Shown piece after piece: positions 12,001 to 27,600 of a DNA stretch of 64,000 bases. The translations under genes and the position numbers were made by a program. Within the stretch, counting starts at the first letter, position 1, and each line of letters starts with the position of its first letter. This DNA comes from Auanema rhodensis (lineage: Eukaryota > Animalia > Nematoda). Where the stretch lies: positions 62,001 through 126,000 of the forward strand of contig CAXKVF010000081.1 in assembly GCA_964057225.1 (NCBI GenBank), written 5' to 3'. The notes below the pieces were generated by a model. The model saw nothing but the letters and a program-made list of their open reading frames with translations, searched no databases and was not told where the DNA came from.

Positions 12001-15000
12001 GAGTTACATACCAAGTGCACATCACGTGTACATTTAATTAGCATAAATTAAAGTTCACGTAAATTTCAAAGTCATGGTTACCATGCACCAATATCAATAA
12101 AAATTTGTTTTTAGACTAATATGGACATGGGGAATCTAATTTTGAAAACCGCATCTCTTTATCTTTCACGTGAAGCGAGTTACATATCAAGTGCACATCA
12201 CGTGTACATTTAATTAGCATAAATTAAAGTTCACGTAAATTTCAAAGTCATGGTTACCATTAACCAATATCAATAAAAATTTGTTTTTAGACTAATATGG
12301 ACATGGGGAATCTAATTTTGAAAACCGCATCTCTTTATCTTTCACGTGAAGCGAGTTACATACCAAGTGCACATCACGTGTACATTTAATTAGCATAAAT
12401 TATAGTTCACGTAAATTTCAAAGTCATGGTTACCATTAACCAATATCAATAAAAATTTGTTTTTAGACTAATATGGACATGAGGAATCTAATTTTGAAAA
12501 CCGCATCTCTTTATCTTTCACGTGAAGCGAGTTACATACCGAGTGCACATCACGTGTACATTTAATTAGCATAAATTATAGTTCACGTAAATTTCAAAGT
12601 CATGGTTACCATGCACCAATATCAATAAAAATTTGTTTTTAGACTAATATGGACATGGGGAATCTAATTTTGAAAACCGCATCTCTTTATCTTTCACGTG
12701 AAGCGAGTTACATACCAAGTGCACATCACGTGTACATTTAATTAGCATAAATTAAAGTTCACGTAAATTTCAAAGTCGTGGTTACCATGCACCAATATCA
12801 ATAAAAATTCGTTTTTAGACTAATATGGACATGGGGAATCTAACTTTGAAAACCGCATCTCTTTATCTTTCACGTGAAGCGAGTTACATACCAAGTGCAC
12901 ATCACGTGTACATTTAATTAGCATAAATTAAAGTTCACGTAAATTTCAAAGTCATGGTTACCATGCACCAATATCAATAAAAATTTGTTTTTAGACTAAT
13001 ATGGACATGGGGAATCTAATTTTGAAAACCGCATCTCTTTATCTTTCACGTGAAGCGAGTTACATATCAAGTGCACATCACGTGTACATTTAATTAGCAT
13101 AAATTAAAGTTCACGTAAATTTCAAAGTCATGGTTACCATTAACCAATATCAATAAAAATTTGTTTTTAGACTAATATGGACATGGGGAATCTAATTTTG
13201 AAAACCGCATCTCTTTATCTTTCACGTGAAGCGAGTTACATACCAAGTGCACATCACGTGTACATTTAATTAGCATAAATTAAAGTTCACGTAAATTTCA
13301 AAGTCATGGTTACCATGCACCAATATCAATAAAAATCTGTTTTTAGACTAATATGGACATGGGGAATCTAATTTTGAAAACCGCATCTCTTTATCTTTCA
13401 CGTGAAGCGAGTTACATACCAAGTGCACATCACGTGTACATTTAATTAGCATAAATTAAAGTTCACGTAAATTTCAAAGTCATGGTTACCATGCACCAAT
13501 ATCAATAAAAATTTGTTTTTAGACTAATATGGACATGAGGAATCTAATTTTGAAAACCGCATCTCTTTATCTTTCACGTGAAGCGAGTTACATACCAAGT
13601 GCACATCACGTGTACATTTAATTAGCATAAATTATAGTTCACGTAAATTTCAAAGTCATGGTTACCATGCACCAATATCAATAAAAATTTGTTTTTAGAC
13701 TAATATGGACATGGGGAATCTAATTTTGAAAACCGCATCTCTTTATCTTTCACGTGAAGCGAGTTACATACCAAGTGCACATCACGTGTACATTTAATTA
13801 GCATAAATTAAAGTTCACGTAAATTTCAAAGTCGTGGTTACCATGCACCAATATCAATAAAAATTCGTTTTTAGACTAATATGGACATGGGGAATCTAAC
13901 TTTGAAAACCGCATCTCTTTATCTTTCACGTGAAGCGAGTTACATACCAAGTGCACATCACGTGTACATTTAATTAGCATAAATTAAAGTTCACGTAAAT
14001 TTCAAAGTCATGGTTACCATGCACCAATATCAATAAAAATTTGTTTTTAGACTAATATGGACATGGGCAATCTAATTTTGTAAACCGCATCTCTTTATCT
14101 TTCAAGTGAAGCGAGTTACATACCAAGTGCACATCACGTGTACATTTAATTAGCATAAATTAAAGTTCACGTAAATTTCAAAGTCATGGTTACCATGCAC
14201 CAATATCAATAAAAATTTGTTTTTAGACTAATATGGACATGGGGAATCTAATTTTGAAAACCGCATCTCTTTATCTTTCACGTGAAGCGAGTTACATATC
14301 AAGTGCACATCACGTGTACATTTAATTAGCATAAATTAAAGTTCACGTAAATTTCAAAGTCATGGTTACCATTAACCAATATCAATAAAAATTTGTTTTT
14401 AGACTAATATGGACATGGGGAATCTAATTTTGAAAACCGCATCTCTTTATCTTTCACGTGAAGCGAGTTACATACCAAGTGCACATCACGTGTACATTTA
14501 ATTAGCATAAATTAAAGTTCACGTAAATTTCAAAGTCATGGTTACCATGCACCAATATCAATAAAAATCTGTTTTTAGACTAATATGGACATGGGGAATC
14601 TAATTTTGAAAACCGCATCTCTTTATCTTTCACGTGAAGCGAGTTACATACCAAGTGCACATCACGTGTACATTTAATTAGCATAAATTAAAGTTCACGT
14701 AAATTTCAAAGTCATGGTTACCATTAACCAATATCAATAAAAATTTGTTTTTAGACTAATATGGACATGGGGAATCTAATTTTGAAAACCGCATCTCTTT
14801 ATCTTTCACGTGAAGCGAGTTACATACCAAGTGCACATCACGTGTACATTTAATTAGCATAAATTAAAGTTCACGTAAATTTCAAAGTCATGGTTACCAT
14901 GCACCAATATCAATAAAAATCTGTTTTTAGACTAATATGGACATGGGGAATCTAATTTTGAAAACCGCATCTCTTTATCTTTCACGTGAAGCGAGTTACA

Positions 15001-15136
15001 TACCAAGTGCACATCACGTGTACATTTAATTAGCATAAATCAAAGTTCACGTAAATTTCAAAGTCATGGTTACCATGCACCAATATCAATAAAAATTTGT
15101 TTTTAAACTAATATGGACATGGGGAATCTAATTTTG
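1..15136. repeat. Left sub-array: 6/7-monomer higher-order repeat domain
   Basis: Recurring monomer order is T137C; G162A; A83T; A106G+T138C+T172C; consensus; C43T+G117T+C118A (1-1056, 2113-3168). A 7-mer version with G164C then A1T+C25A occurs at 4225-5456 and 13201-14432. G162A, A83T, A106G/T138C/T172C and G164C were not seen after about 14.1 kb. Confidence 0.85.
6337..9152. repeat. Tandem duplication of an 8-monomer (1408-bp) block
   Basis: Monomers 37-44 and 45-52 have the same variant order, including A159T, C25A and A38C+G162A. They differ only by T172C (absent in monomer 44) and C5T (present in monomer 45). Confidence 0.85.
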
Positions 15137-17776
15137 AAAACCGCATCTCTTTATCTTTCACGTGAAGCGAGTTACATACCAAGTGCACATCACGTGTACA
15201 TTTAATTAGCATAAATTAAAGTTCACGTAAATTTCAAAGTCATGGTTACCATTAACCAATATCAATAAAAATTTGTTTTTAGACTAATATGGACATGGGG
15301 AATCTAATTTTGAAAACCGCATCTCTTTATCTTTCACGTGAAGCGAGTTACATACCAAGTGCACATCACGTGTACATTTAATTAGCATAAATTAAAGTTC
15401 ACGTAAATTTCAAAGTCATGGTTACCATGCACCAATATCAATAAAAATTTGTTTTTAGACTAATATGGACATGGGGAATCTAATTTTGAAAACCGCATCT
15501 CTTTATCTTTCACGTGAAGCGAGTTACATATCAAGTGCACATCACGTGTACATTTAATTAGCATAAATTAAAGTTCACGTAAATTTCAAAGTCATGGTTA
15601 CCATTAACCAATATCAATAAAAATTTGTTTTTAGACTAATATGGACATGGGGAATCTAATTTTGAAAACCGCATCTCTTTATCTTTCAAGTGAAGCGAGT
15701 TACATACCAAGTGCACATCACGTGTACATTTAATTAGCATAAATTAAAGTTCACGTAAATTTCAAAGTCATGGTTACCATGCACCAATATCAATAAAAAT
15801 TTGTTTTTAGACTAATATGGACATGGGGAATCTAATTTTGAAAACCGCATCTCTTTATCTTTCACGTGAAGCGAGTTACATACCAAGTGCACATCACGTG
15901 TACATTTAATTAGCATAAATTAAAGTTCAAGTAAATTTCAAAGTCATGGTTACCATGCACCAATATCAATAAAAATTTGTTTTTAGACTAATATGGACAT
16001 GGGGAATCTAATTTTGAAAACCGCATCTCTTTATCTTTCACGTGAAGCGAGTTCCATACCAAGTGCACATCACGTGTACATTTAATTAGCATAAATTAAA
16101 GTTCACGTAAATTTCAAAGTCATGGTTACCATGAACCAATATCAATAAAAATTTGTTTTTAGACTAATATGTACATGGGGAATCTAATTTTGAAAACCGC
16201 ATCTCTTTATCTTTCACGTGAAGCGAGTTACATACCAAGTGCACATCACGTGTACATTTAATTAGCATAAATTAAAGTTCACGTAAATTTCAAAGTCATG
16301 GTTACCATGCACCAATATCAATAAAAATCTGTTTTTAGACTAATATGGACATGGGGAATCTAATTTTGAAAACCGCATCTCTTTATCTTTCACGTGAAGC
16401 GAGTTACATACCAAGTGCACATCACGTGTACATTTAATTAGCATAAATTAAAGTTCACGTAAATTTCAAAGTCATGGTTACCATTAACCAATATCAATAA
16501 AAATTTGTTTTTAGACTAATATGGACATGGGGAATCTAATTTTGAAAACCGCATCTCTTTATCTTTCACGTGAAGCGAGTTACATACCAAGTGCACATCA
16601 CGTGTACATTTAATTAGCATAAATTAAAGTTCACGTAAATTTCAAAGTCATGGTTACCATGCACCAATATCAATAAAAATCTGTTTTTAGACTAATATGG
16701 ACATGGGGAATCTAATTTTGAAAACCGCATCTCTTTATCTTTCACGTGAAGCGAGTTACATACCAAGTGCACATCACGTGTACATTTAATTAGCATAAAT
16801 TAAAGTTCACGTAAATTTCAAAGTCATGGTTACCATGCACCAATATCAATAAAAATCTGTTTTTAGACTAATATGGACATGGGGAATCTAATTTTGAAAA
16901 CCGCATCTCTTTATCTTTCACGTGAAGCGAGTTACATATCAAGTGCACATCACGTGTACATTTAATTAGCATAAATTAAAGTTCACGTAAATTTCAAAGT
17001 CATGGTTACCATTAACCAATATCAATAAAAATTTGTTTTTAGACTAATATGGACATGGGGAATCTAATTTTGAAAACCGCATCTCTTTATCTTTCACGTG
17101 AAGCGAGTTACATATCAAGTGCACATCACGTGTACATTTAATTAGCATAAATTAAAGTTCACGTAAATTTCAAAGTCATGGTTACCATTAACCAATATCA
17201 ATAAAAATTTGTTTTTAGACTAATATGGACATGGGGAATCTAATTTTGAAAACCGCATCTCTTTATCTTTCACGTGAAGCGAGTTACATACCAAGTGCAC
17301 ATCACGTGTACATTTAATTAGCATAAATTAAAGTTCACGTAAATTTCAAAGTCATGGTTACCATTAACCAATATCAATAAAAATTTGTTTTTAGACTAAT
17401 ATGGACATGGGGAATCTAATTTTGAAAACCGCATCTCTTTATCTTTCACGTGAAGCGAGTTACATATCAAGTGCACATCACGTGTACATTTAATTAGCAT
17501 AAATTAAAGTTCACGTAAATTTCAAAGTCATGGTTACCATTAACCAATATCAATAAAAATTTGTTTTTAGACTAATATGGACATGGGGAATCTAATTTTG
17601 AAAACCGCATCTCTTTATCTTTCACGTGAAGCGAGTTACATACCAAGTGCACATCACGTGTACATTTAATTAGCATAAATTAAAGTTCACGTAAATTTCA
17701 AAGTCATGGTTACCATGCACCAATATCAATAAAAATCTGTTTTTAGACTAATATGGACATGGGGAATCTAATTTTG

Positions 17777-20700
17777 AAAACCGCATCTCTTTATCTTTCA
17801 CGTGAAGCGAGTTACATACCAAGTGCACATCACGTGTACATTTAATTAGCATAAATTAAAGTTCACGTAAATTTCAAAGTCATGGTTACCATGCACCAAT
17901 ATCAATAAAAATCTGTTTTTAGACTAATATGGACATGGGGAATCTAATTTTGAAAACCGCATCTCTTTATCTTTCACGTGAAGCGAGTTACATACCAAGT
18001 GCACATCACGTGTACATTTAATTAGCATAAATCAAAGTTCACGTAAATTTCAAAGTCATGGTTACCATGCACCAATATCAATAAAAATTTGTTTTTAGAC
18101 TAATATGGACATGGGGAATCTAATTTTGAAAACCGCATCTCTTTATCTTTCACGTGAAGCGAGTTACATATCAAGTGCACATCACGTGTACATTTAATTA
18201 GCATAAATTAAAGTTCACGTAAATTTCAAAGTCATGGTTACCATTAACCAATATCAATAAAAATTTGTTTTTAGACTAATATGGACATGGGGAATCTAAT
18301 TTTGAAAACCGCATCTCTTTATCTTTCAAGTGAAGCGAGTTACATACCAAGTGCACATCACGTGTACATTTAATTAGCATAAATTAAAGTTCACGTAAAT
18401 TTCAAAGTCATGGTTACCATGCACCAATATCAATAAAAATTTGTTTTTAGACTAATATGGACATGGGGAATCTAATTTTGAAAACCGCATCTCTTTATCT
18501 TTCACGTGAAGCGAGTTACATACCAAGTGCACATCACGTGTACATTTAATTAGCATAAATTAAAGTTCACGTAAATTTCAAAGTCATGGTTACCATGCAC
18601 CAATATCAATAAAAATTTGTTTTTAGACTAATATGGACATGGGGAATCTAATTTTGAAAACCGCATCTCTTTATCTTTCACGTGAAGCGAGTTCCATACC
18701 AAGTGCACATCACGTGTACATTTAATTAGCATAAATTAAAGTTCACGTAAATTTCAAAGTCATGGTTACCATGAACCAATATCAATAAAAATTTGTTTTT
18801 AGACTAATATGTACATGGGGAATCTAATTTTGAAAACCGCATCTCTTTATCTTTCACGTGAAGCGAGTTACATACCAAGTGCACATCACGTGTACATTTA
18901 ATTAGCATAAATTAAAGTTCACGTAAATTTCAAAGTCATGGTTACCATGCACCAATATCAATAAAAATCTGTTTTTAGACTAATATGGACATGGGGAATC
19001 TAATTTTGAAAACCGCATCTCTTTATCTTTCACGTGAAGCGAGTTACATACCAAGTGCACATCACGTGTACATTTAATTAGCATAAATCAAAGTTCACGT
19101 AAATTTCAAAGTCATGGTTACCATGCACCAATATCAATAAAAATTTGTTTTTAGACTAATATGGACATGGGGAATCTAATTTTGAAAACCGCATCTCTTT
19201 ATCTTTCACGTGAAGCGAGTTACATATCAAGTGCACATCACGTGTACATTTAATTAGCATAAATTAAAGTTCACGTAAATTTCAAAGTCATGGTTACCAT
19301 TAACCAATATCAATAAAAATTTGTTTTTAGACTAATATGGACATGGGGAATCTAATTTTGAAAACCGCATCTCTTTATCTTTCACGTGAAGCGAGTTACA
19401 TACCAAGTGCACATCACGTGTACATTTAATTAGCATAAATTAAAGTTCACGTAAATTTCAAAGTCATGGTTACCATGCACCAATATCAATAAAAATCTGT
19501 TTTTAGACTAATATGGACATGGGGAATCTAATTTTGAAAACCGCATCTCTTTATCTTTCACGTGAAGCGAGTTACATACCAAGTGCACATCACGTGTACA
19601 TTTAATTAGCATAAATTAAAGTTCACGTAAATTTCAAAGTCATGGTTACCATGCACCAATATCAATAAAAATTTGTTTTTAGACTAATATGGACATGGGG
19701 AATCTAATTTTGAAAACCGCATCTCTTTATCTTTCACGTGAAGCGAGTTCCATACCAAGTGCACATCACGTGTACATTTAATTAGCATAAATTAAAGTTC
19801 ACGTAAATTTCAAAGTCATGGTTACCATGAACCAATATCAATAAAAATTTGTTTTTAGACTAATATGTACATGGGGAATCTAATTTTGAAAACCGCATCT
19901 CTTTATCTTTCACGTGAAGCGAGTTACATACCAAGTGCACATCACGTGTACATTTAATTAGCATAAATTAAAGTTCACGTAAATTTCAAAGTCATGGTTA
20001 CCATGCACCAATATCAATAAAAATCTGTTTTTAGACTAATATGGACATGGGGAATCTAATTTTGAAAACCGCATCTCTTTATCTTTCACGTGAAGCGAGT
20101 TACATACCAAGTGCACATCACGTGTACATTTAATTAGCATAAATCAAAGTTCACGTAAATTTCAAAGTCATGGTTACCATGCACCAATATCAATAAAAAT
20201 TTGTTTTTAGACTAATATGGACATGGGGAATCTAATTTTGAAAACCGCATCTCTTTATCTTTCACGTGAAGCGAGTTACATATCAAGTGCACATCACGTG
20301 TACATTTAATTAGCATAAATTAAAGTTCACGTAAATTTCAAAGTCATGGTTACCATTAACCAATATCAATAAAAATTTGTTTTTAGACTAATATGGACAT
20401 GGGGAATCTAATTTTGAAAACCGCATCTCTTTATCTTTCACGTGAAGCGAGTTACATACCAAGTGCACATCACGTGTACATTTAATTAGCATGAATTAAA
20501 GTTCACGTAAATTTCAAAGTCATGGTTACCATGCACCAATATCAATAAAAATCTGTTTTTAGACTAATATGGACATGGGGAATCTAATTTTGAAAACCGC
20601 ATCTCTTTATCTTTCACGTGAAGCGAGTTACATACCAAGTGCACATCACGTGTACATTTAATTAGCATAAATTAAAGTTCACGTAAATTTCAAAGTCATG

Positions 20701-21648
20701 GTTACCATGCACCAATATCAATAAAAATTTGTTTTTAGACTAATATGGACATGGGGAATCTAATTTTGAAAACCGCATCTCTTTATCTTTCACGTGAAGC
20801 GAGTTACATATCAAGTGCACATCACGTGTACATTTAATTAGCATAAATTAAAGTTCACGTAAATTTCAAAGTCATGGTTACCATTAACCAATATCAATAA
20901 AAATTTGTTTTTAGACTAATATGGACATGGGGAATCTAATTTTGAAAACCGCATCTCTTTATCTTTCAAGTGAAGCGAGTTACATACCAAGTGCACATCA
21001 CGTGTACATTTATTTAGCATAAATTAAAGTTCACGTAAATTTCAAAGTCATGGTTACCATGCACCAATATCAATAAAAATTTGTTTTTAGACTAATATGG
21101 ACATGGGGAATCTAATTTTGAAAACCGCATCTCTTTATCTTTCACGTGAAGCGAGTTACATACCAAGTGCACATCACGTGTACATTTAATTAGCATAAAT
21201 TAAAGTTCACGTAAATTTCAAAGTCATGGTTACCATGCACCAATATCAATAAAAATTTGTTTTTAGACTAATATGGACATGGGGAATCTAATTTTGAAAA
21301 CCGCATCTCTTTATCTTTCACGTGAAGCGAGTTCCATACCAAGTGCACATCACGTGTACATTTAATTAGCATAAATTAAAGTTCACGTAAATTTCAAAGT
21401 CATGGTTACCATGAACCAATATCAATAAAAATTTGTTTTTAGACTAATATGTACATGGGGAATCTAATTTTGAAAACCGCATCTCTTTATCTTTCACGTG
21501 AAGCGAGTTACATACCAAGTGCACATCACGTGTACATTTAATTAGCATAAATTAAAGTTCACGTAAATTTCAAAGTCATGGTTACCATGCACCAATATCA
21601 ATAAAAATCTGTTTTTAGACTAATATGGACATGGGGAATCTAATTTTG
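17777..21648. repeat. Transitional sub-array with 3/6-monomer periodicity
   Basis: The block T137C; T81C; C43T+TTAAC; x; consensus; A38C+C118A+G156T repeats at monomers 102-107 and 108-113, with a 9-mer variant at 114-122. Confidence 0.75.
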
Positions 21649-24600
21649 AAAACCGCATCTCTTTATCTTTCACGTGAAGCGAGTTACATACCAAGTGCAC
21701 ATCACGTGTACATTTAATTAGCATAAATTAAAGTTCACGTAAATTTCAAAGTCATGGTTACCATGAACCAATATCAATAAAAATTTGTTTTTAGACTAAT
21801 ATGGACATGGGGAATCTAATTTTGAAAACCGCATCTCTTTATCTTTCACGTGAAGCGAGTTACATACCAAGTGCACATCACGTGTACATTTAATTAGCAT
21901 AAATTAAAGTTCACGTAAATTTCAAAGTCATGGTTACCATGAACCAATATCAATAAAAATTTGTTTTTAGACTAATATGGACATGGGGAATCTAATTTTG
22001 AAAACCGCATCACTTTATCTTTCACGTGTAGCGAGTTACATACCAAGTGCACATCACGTGTACATTTAATTAGCATAAATTAAAGTTCACGTAAATTTCA
22101 AAGTCATGGTTACCATGCACCAATATCAATAAAAATTTGTTTTTAGACTAATATGGACATGGGGAATCTAATTTTGAAAACCGCATCTCTTTATATTTCA
22201 CGTGAAGCGAGTTACATACCGAGTGCACATCACGTGTACATTTAATTAGCATAAATTAAAGTTCACGTAAATTTCAAAGTCATGGTTACCATGAACCAAT
22301 ATCAATAAAAATTTGTTTTTAGACTAATATGGACATGGGGAATCTAATTTTGAAAACCGCATCTCTTTATCTTTCACGTGAAGCGAGTTACATACCAAGT
22401 GCACATCACGTGTACATTTAATTAGCATAAATTAAAGTTCACGTAAATTTCAAAGTCATGGTTACCATGCACCAATATCAATAAAAATTTGTTTTTAGAC
22501 TAATATGGACATGGGGAATCTAATTTTGAAAACCGCATCTCTTTATCTTCCACGTGAAGCGAGTTATATACCAAGTGCACATCACGTGTACATTTAATTA
22601 GCATAAATTAAAGTTCACGTAAATTTCAAAGTCATGGTTACCATGAACCAATATCAATAAAAATTTGTTTTTAGACTAATATGTACATGGGGAATCTAAT
22701 TTTGAAAACCGCATCTCTTTATCTCTCACGTGAAGCGAGTTACATACCAAGTGCACATCACGTGTACATTTAATTAGCATAAATTAAAGTTCACGTAAAT
22801 TTCAAAGTCATGGTTACCATGCACCAATATCAATAAAAATCTGTTTTTAGACTAATATGGACATGGGGAATCTAATTTTGAAAACCGCATCTCTTTATCT
22901 TTCACGTGAAGCGAGTTACATACCAAGTGCACATCACGTGTACATTTAATTAGCATAAATTAAAGTTCACGTAAATTTCAAAGTCATGGTTACCATGCAC
23001 CAATATCAATAAAAATTTGTTTTTAGACTAATATGGACATGGGGAATCTAATTTTGAAAACCGCATCTCTTTATCTTTCACGTGAAGCGAGTTACATATC
23101 AAGTGCACATCACGTGTACATTTAATTAGCATAAATTAAAGTTCACGTAAATTTCAAAGTCATGGTTACCATTAACCAATATCAATAAAAATTTGTTTTT
23201 AGACTAATATGGACATGGGGAATCTAATTTTGAAAACCGCATCTCTTTATCTTTCACGTGAAGCGAGTTACATACCAAGTGCACATCACGTGTACATTTA
23301 ATTAGCATAAATTAAAGTTCACGTAAATTTCAAAGTCATGGTTACCATGCACCAATATCAATAAAAATTTGTTTTTAGACTAATATGGACATGGGGAATC
23401 TAATTTTGAAAACCGCATCTCTTTATCTTTCACGTGAAGCGAGTTACATACCAAGTGCACATCACGTGCACATTTAATTAGCATAAATTAAAGTTCACGT
23501 AAATTTCAAAGTCATGGTTACCATGAACCAATATCAATAAAAATTTGTTTTTAGACTAATATGTACATGGGGAATCTAATTTTGAAAACCGCATCTCTTT
23601 ATCTTTCACGTGAAGCGAGTTACATACCAAGTGCACATCACGTGTACAATTAATTAGCATAAATTAAAGTTCACGTAAATTTCAAAGTCATGGTTACCAT
23701 GAACCAATATCAATAAAAATTTGTTTTTAGACTAATATGGACATGGGGAATCTAATTTTGAAAACCGCATTTCTTTATCTTTCACGTGAAGCGAGTTACA
23801 TACCAAGTGCACATCACGTGTACATTTAATTAGCATAAATTAAAGTTCACGTAAATTTCAAAGTCATGGTTACCATGAACCAATATCAATAAAAATTTGT
23901 TTTTAGACTAATATGGACATGGGGAATCAAATTTTGAAAACCGCTTCTCTTTATCTTTCACGTGAAGCGAGTTACATACCAAGTGCACATCACGTGTACA
24001 TTTAATTAGCATAAATTAAAGTTCACGTAAATTTCAAAGTCATGGTTACCATGAACCAATATCAATAAAAATTTGTTTTTAGACTAATATGGACATGGGG
24101 AATCTAATTTTGAAAACCGCATCACTTTATCTTTCACGTGAAGCGAGTTACATACCAAGTGCACATCACGTGTACATTTAATTAGCATAAATTAAAGTTC
24201 ACGTAAATTTCAAAGTCATGGTTACCATGCACCAATATCAATAAAAATTTGTTTTTAGACTAATATGGACATGGGGAATCTAATGTTGAAAACCGCATCT
24301 CTTTATCTTTCACGTGAAGCGAGTTACATACCAAGTGCACATCACGTGTACATTTAATTAGCATAAATTAAAGTTCACGTAAATTTCAAAGTCATGGTTA
24401 CCATGAACCAATATCAATAAAAATTTGTTTTTAGACTAATATGGACATGGGGAATCTAATTTTGAAAACCGCATCTCTTTATCTTTCACGTGAAGCGAGT
24501 TACATACCAAGTGCACATCACGTCTACATTTAATTAGCATAAATTAAAGTTCACGTAAATTTCAAAGTCATGGTTACCATGCACCAATATCAATAAAAAT

Positions 24601-27600
24601 TTGTTTTTAGACTAATATGGACATGGGGAATCTAATGTTGAAAACCGCATCTCTTTATCTTTCACGTGAAGCGAGTTACATACCAAGTGCACATCACGTG
24701 TACATTTAATTAGCATAAATTAAAGTTCACGTAAATTTCAAAGTCATGGTTACCATGAACCAATATCAATAAAAATTTGTTTTTAGACTAATATGGACAT
24801 GGGGAATCAAATTTTGAAAACCGCATCTCTTTATCTTTCACGTGAAGCGAGTTACATACCAAGTGCACATCACGTGTACATTTAATTAGCATAAATTAAA
24901 GTTCACGTAAATTTCAAAGTCATGGTTACCATGAACCAATATCAATAAAAATTTGTTTTTAGACTAATATGGACATGGGGAATCTAATTTTGAAAACCGC
25001 ATCTCTTTATCTTTCACGTGAAGCGAGTTACATACCAAGTGCACATCACGTCTACATTTAATTAGCATAAATTAAAGTTCACGTAAATTTCAAAGTCATG
25101 GTTACCATGCACCAATATCAATAAAAATTTGTTTTTAGACTAATATGGACATGGGGAATCTAATGTTGAAAACCGCATCTCTTTATCTTTCACGTGAAGC
25201 GAGTTACATACCAAGTGCACATCACGTGTACATTTAATTAGCATAAATTAAAGTTCACGTAAATTTCAAAGTCATGGTTACCATGAACCAATATCAATAA
25301 AAATTTGTTTTTAGACTAATATGGACATGGGGAATCAAATTTTGAAAACCGCATCTCTTTATCTTTCACGTGAAGCGAGTTACATACCAAGTGCACATCA
25401 CGTGTACATTTAATTAGCATAAATTAAAGTTCACGTAAATTTCAAAGTCATGGTTACCATGAACCAATATCAATACAAATTTGTTTTTAGACTAATATGG
25501 ACATGGGGAATCTAATTTTGAAAACCGCATCACTTTATCTTTCACGTGAAGCGAGTTACATACCAAGTGCACATCACGTGTACATTTAATTAGCATAAAT
25601 TAAAGTTCACGTAAATTTCAAAGTCATGGTTACCATGCACCAATATCAATAAAAATTTGTTTTTAGACTAATATGGACATGGGGAATCTAATGTTAAAAA
25701 CCGCATCTCTTTATCTTTCACGTGAAGCAAGTTACATACCAAGTGCACATCACGTGTACATTTAATTAGCATAAATTAAAGTTCACGTAAATTTCGAAGT
25801 CATGGTTACCATGCACCAATATCAATAAAAATTTGTTTTTAGACTAATATGGACATGGGGAATCTAATGTTAAAAACCGAATCTCTTTATCTTTCACGTG
25901 AAGCGAGTTACATACCAAGTGCACATCACGTGTACATTTAATTAGCATAAATTAAAGTTCACGTAAATTTCAAAGTCATGGTTACCATGCACCAATATCA
26001 ATAAAAATTTGTTTTTAGACTAATATGGACATGGGGAATCTAATGTTGAAAACCGCATCTCTTTATCTTTCACGTGAAGCGAGTTACATACCAAGTGCAC
26101 ATCACGTGTACATTTAATTAGCATAAATTAAAGTTCACGTAAATTTCAAAGTCATGGTTACCATGAACCAATATCAATACAAATTTGTTTTTAGACTAAT
26201 ATGGACATGGGGAATCTAATTTTGAAAACCGCATCACTTTATCTTTCACGTGAAGCGAGTTACATACCAAGTGCACATCACGTGTACATTTAATTAGCAT
26301 AAATTAAAGTTCACGTAAATTTCAAAGTCATGGTTACCATGCACCAATATCAATAAAAATTTGTTTTTAGACTAATATGGACATGGGGAATCTAATGTTG
26401 AAAACCGCATCTCTTTATCTTTCACGTGAAGCGAGTTACATACCAAGTGCACATCACGTGTACATTTAATTAGCATAAATTAAAGTTCACGTAAATTTCA
26501 AAGTCATGGTTACCATGCACCAATATCAATAAAAATTTGTTTTTAGACTAATATGGACATGGGAAATCTAATGTTGAAAACCGCATCTCTTTATCTTTCA
26601 CGTGAAGCGAGTTACATACCAAGTGCACATCACGTGTACATTTAATTAGCATAAATTAAAGTTCACGTAAATTTCAAAGTCATGGTTACCATGCACCAAT
26701 ATCAATATAAATTTGTTTTTAGACTAATATGGACATGGGGAATCTAATGTTGAAAACCGCATCTCTTTATCTTTCACGTGAAGCGAGTTACATACCAAGT
26801 GCACATCACGTGTACATTTAATTAGCATAAATTAAAGTTCACGTAAATTTCAACGTCATGGTTACCATGAACCAATATCAATACAAATTTGTTTTTAGAC
26901 TAATATGGACATGGGGAATCTAATTTTGAAAACCGCATCACTTTATCTTTCACGTGAAGCGAGTTACATACCAAGTGCACATCACGTGTACATTTAATTA
27001 GCATAAATTAAAGTTCACGTAAATTTCAAAGTCATGGTTACCATGCACCAATATCAATAAAAATTTGTTTTTAGACTAATATGGACATGGGGAATCTAAT
27101 TTTGAAAACCGCATCACTTTATCTTTCACGTGAAGCGAGTTACATACCAAGTGCACATCACGTGTACATTTAATTAGCATAAATTAAAGTTCACGTAAAT
27201 TTCAAAGTCATGGTTACCATGCACCAATATCAATAAAAATTTGTTTTTAGACTAATATGGACATGGGGAATCTAATGTTGAAAACCGCATCTCTTTATCT
27301 TTCACGTGAAGCGAGTTACATACCAAGTGCACATCACGTGTACATTTAATTAGCATAAATTAAAGTTCACGTAAATTTCAAAGTCATGGTTACCATGAAC
27401 CAATATCAATACAAATTTGTTTTTAGACTAATATGGACATGGGGAATCTAATGTTGAAAACCGCATCTCTTTATCTTTCACGTGAAGCGAGTTACATACC
27501 AAGTGCACATCACGTGTACATTTAATTAGCATAAATTAAAGTTCACGTAAATTTCAAAGTCATGGTTACCATGAACCAATATCAATAAAAATTTGTTTTT

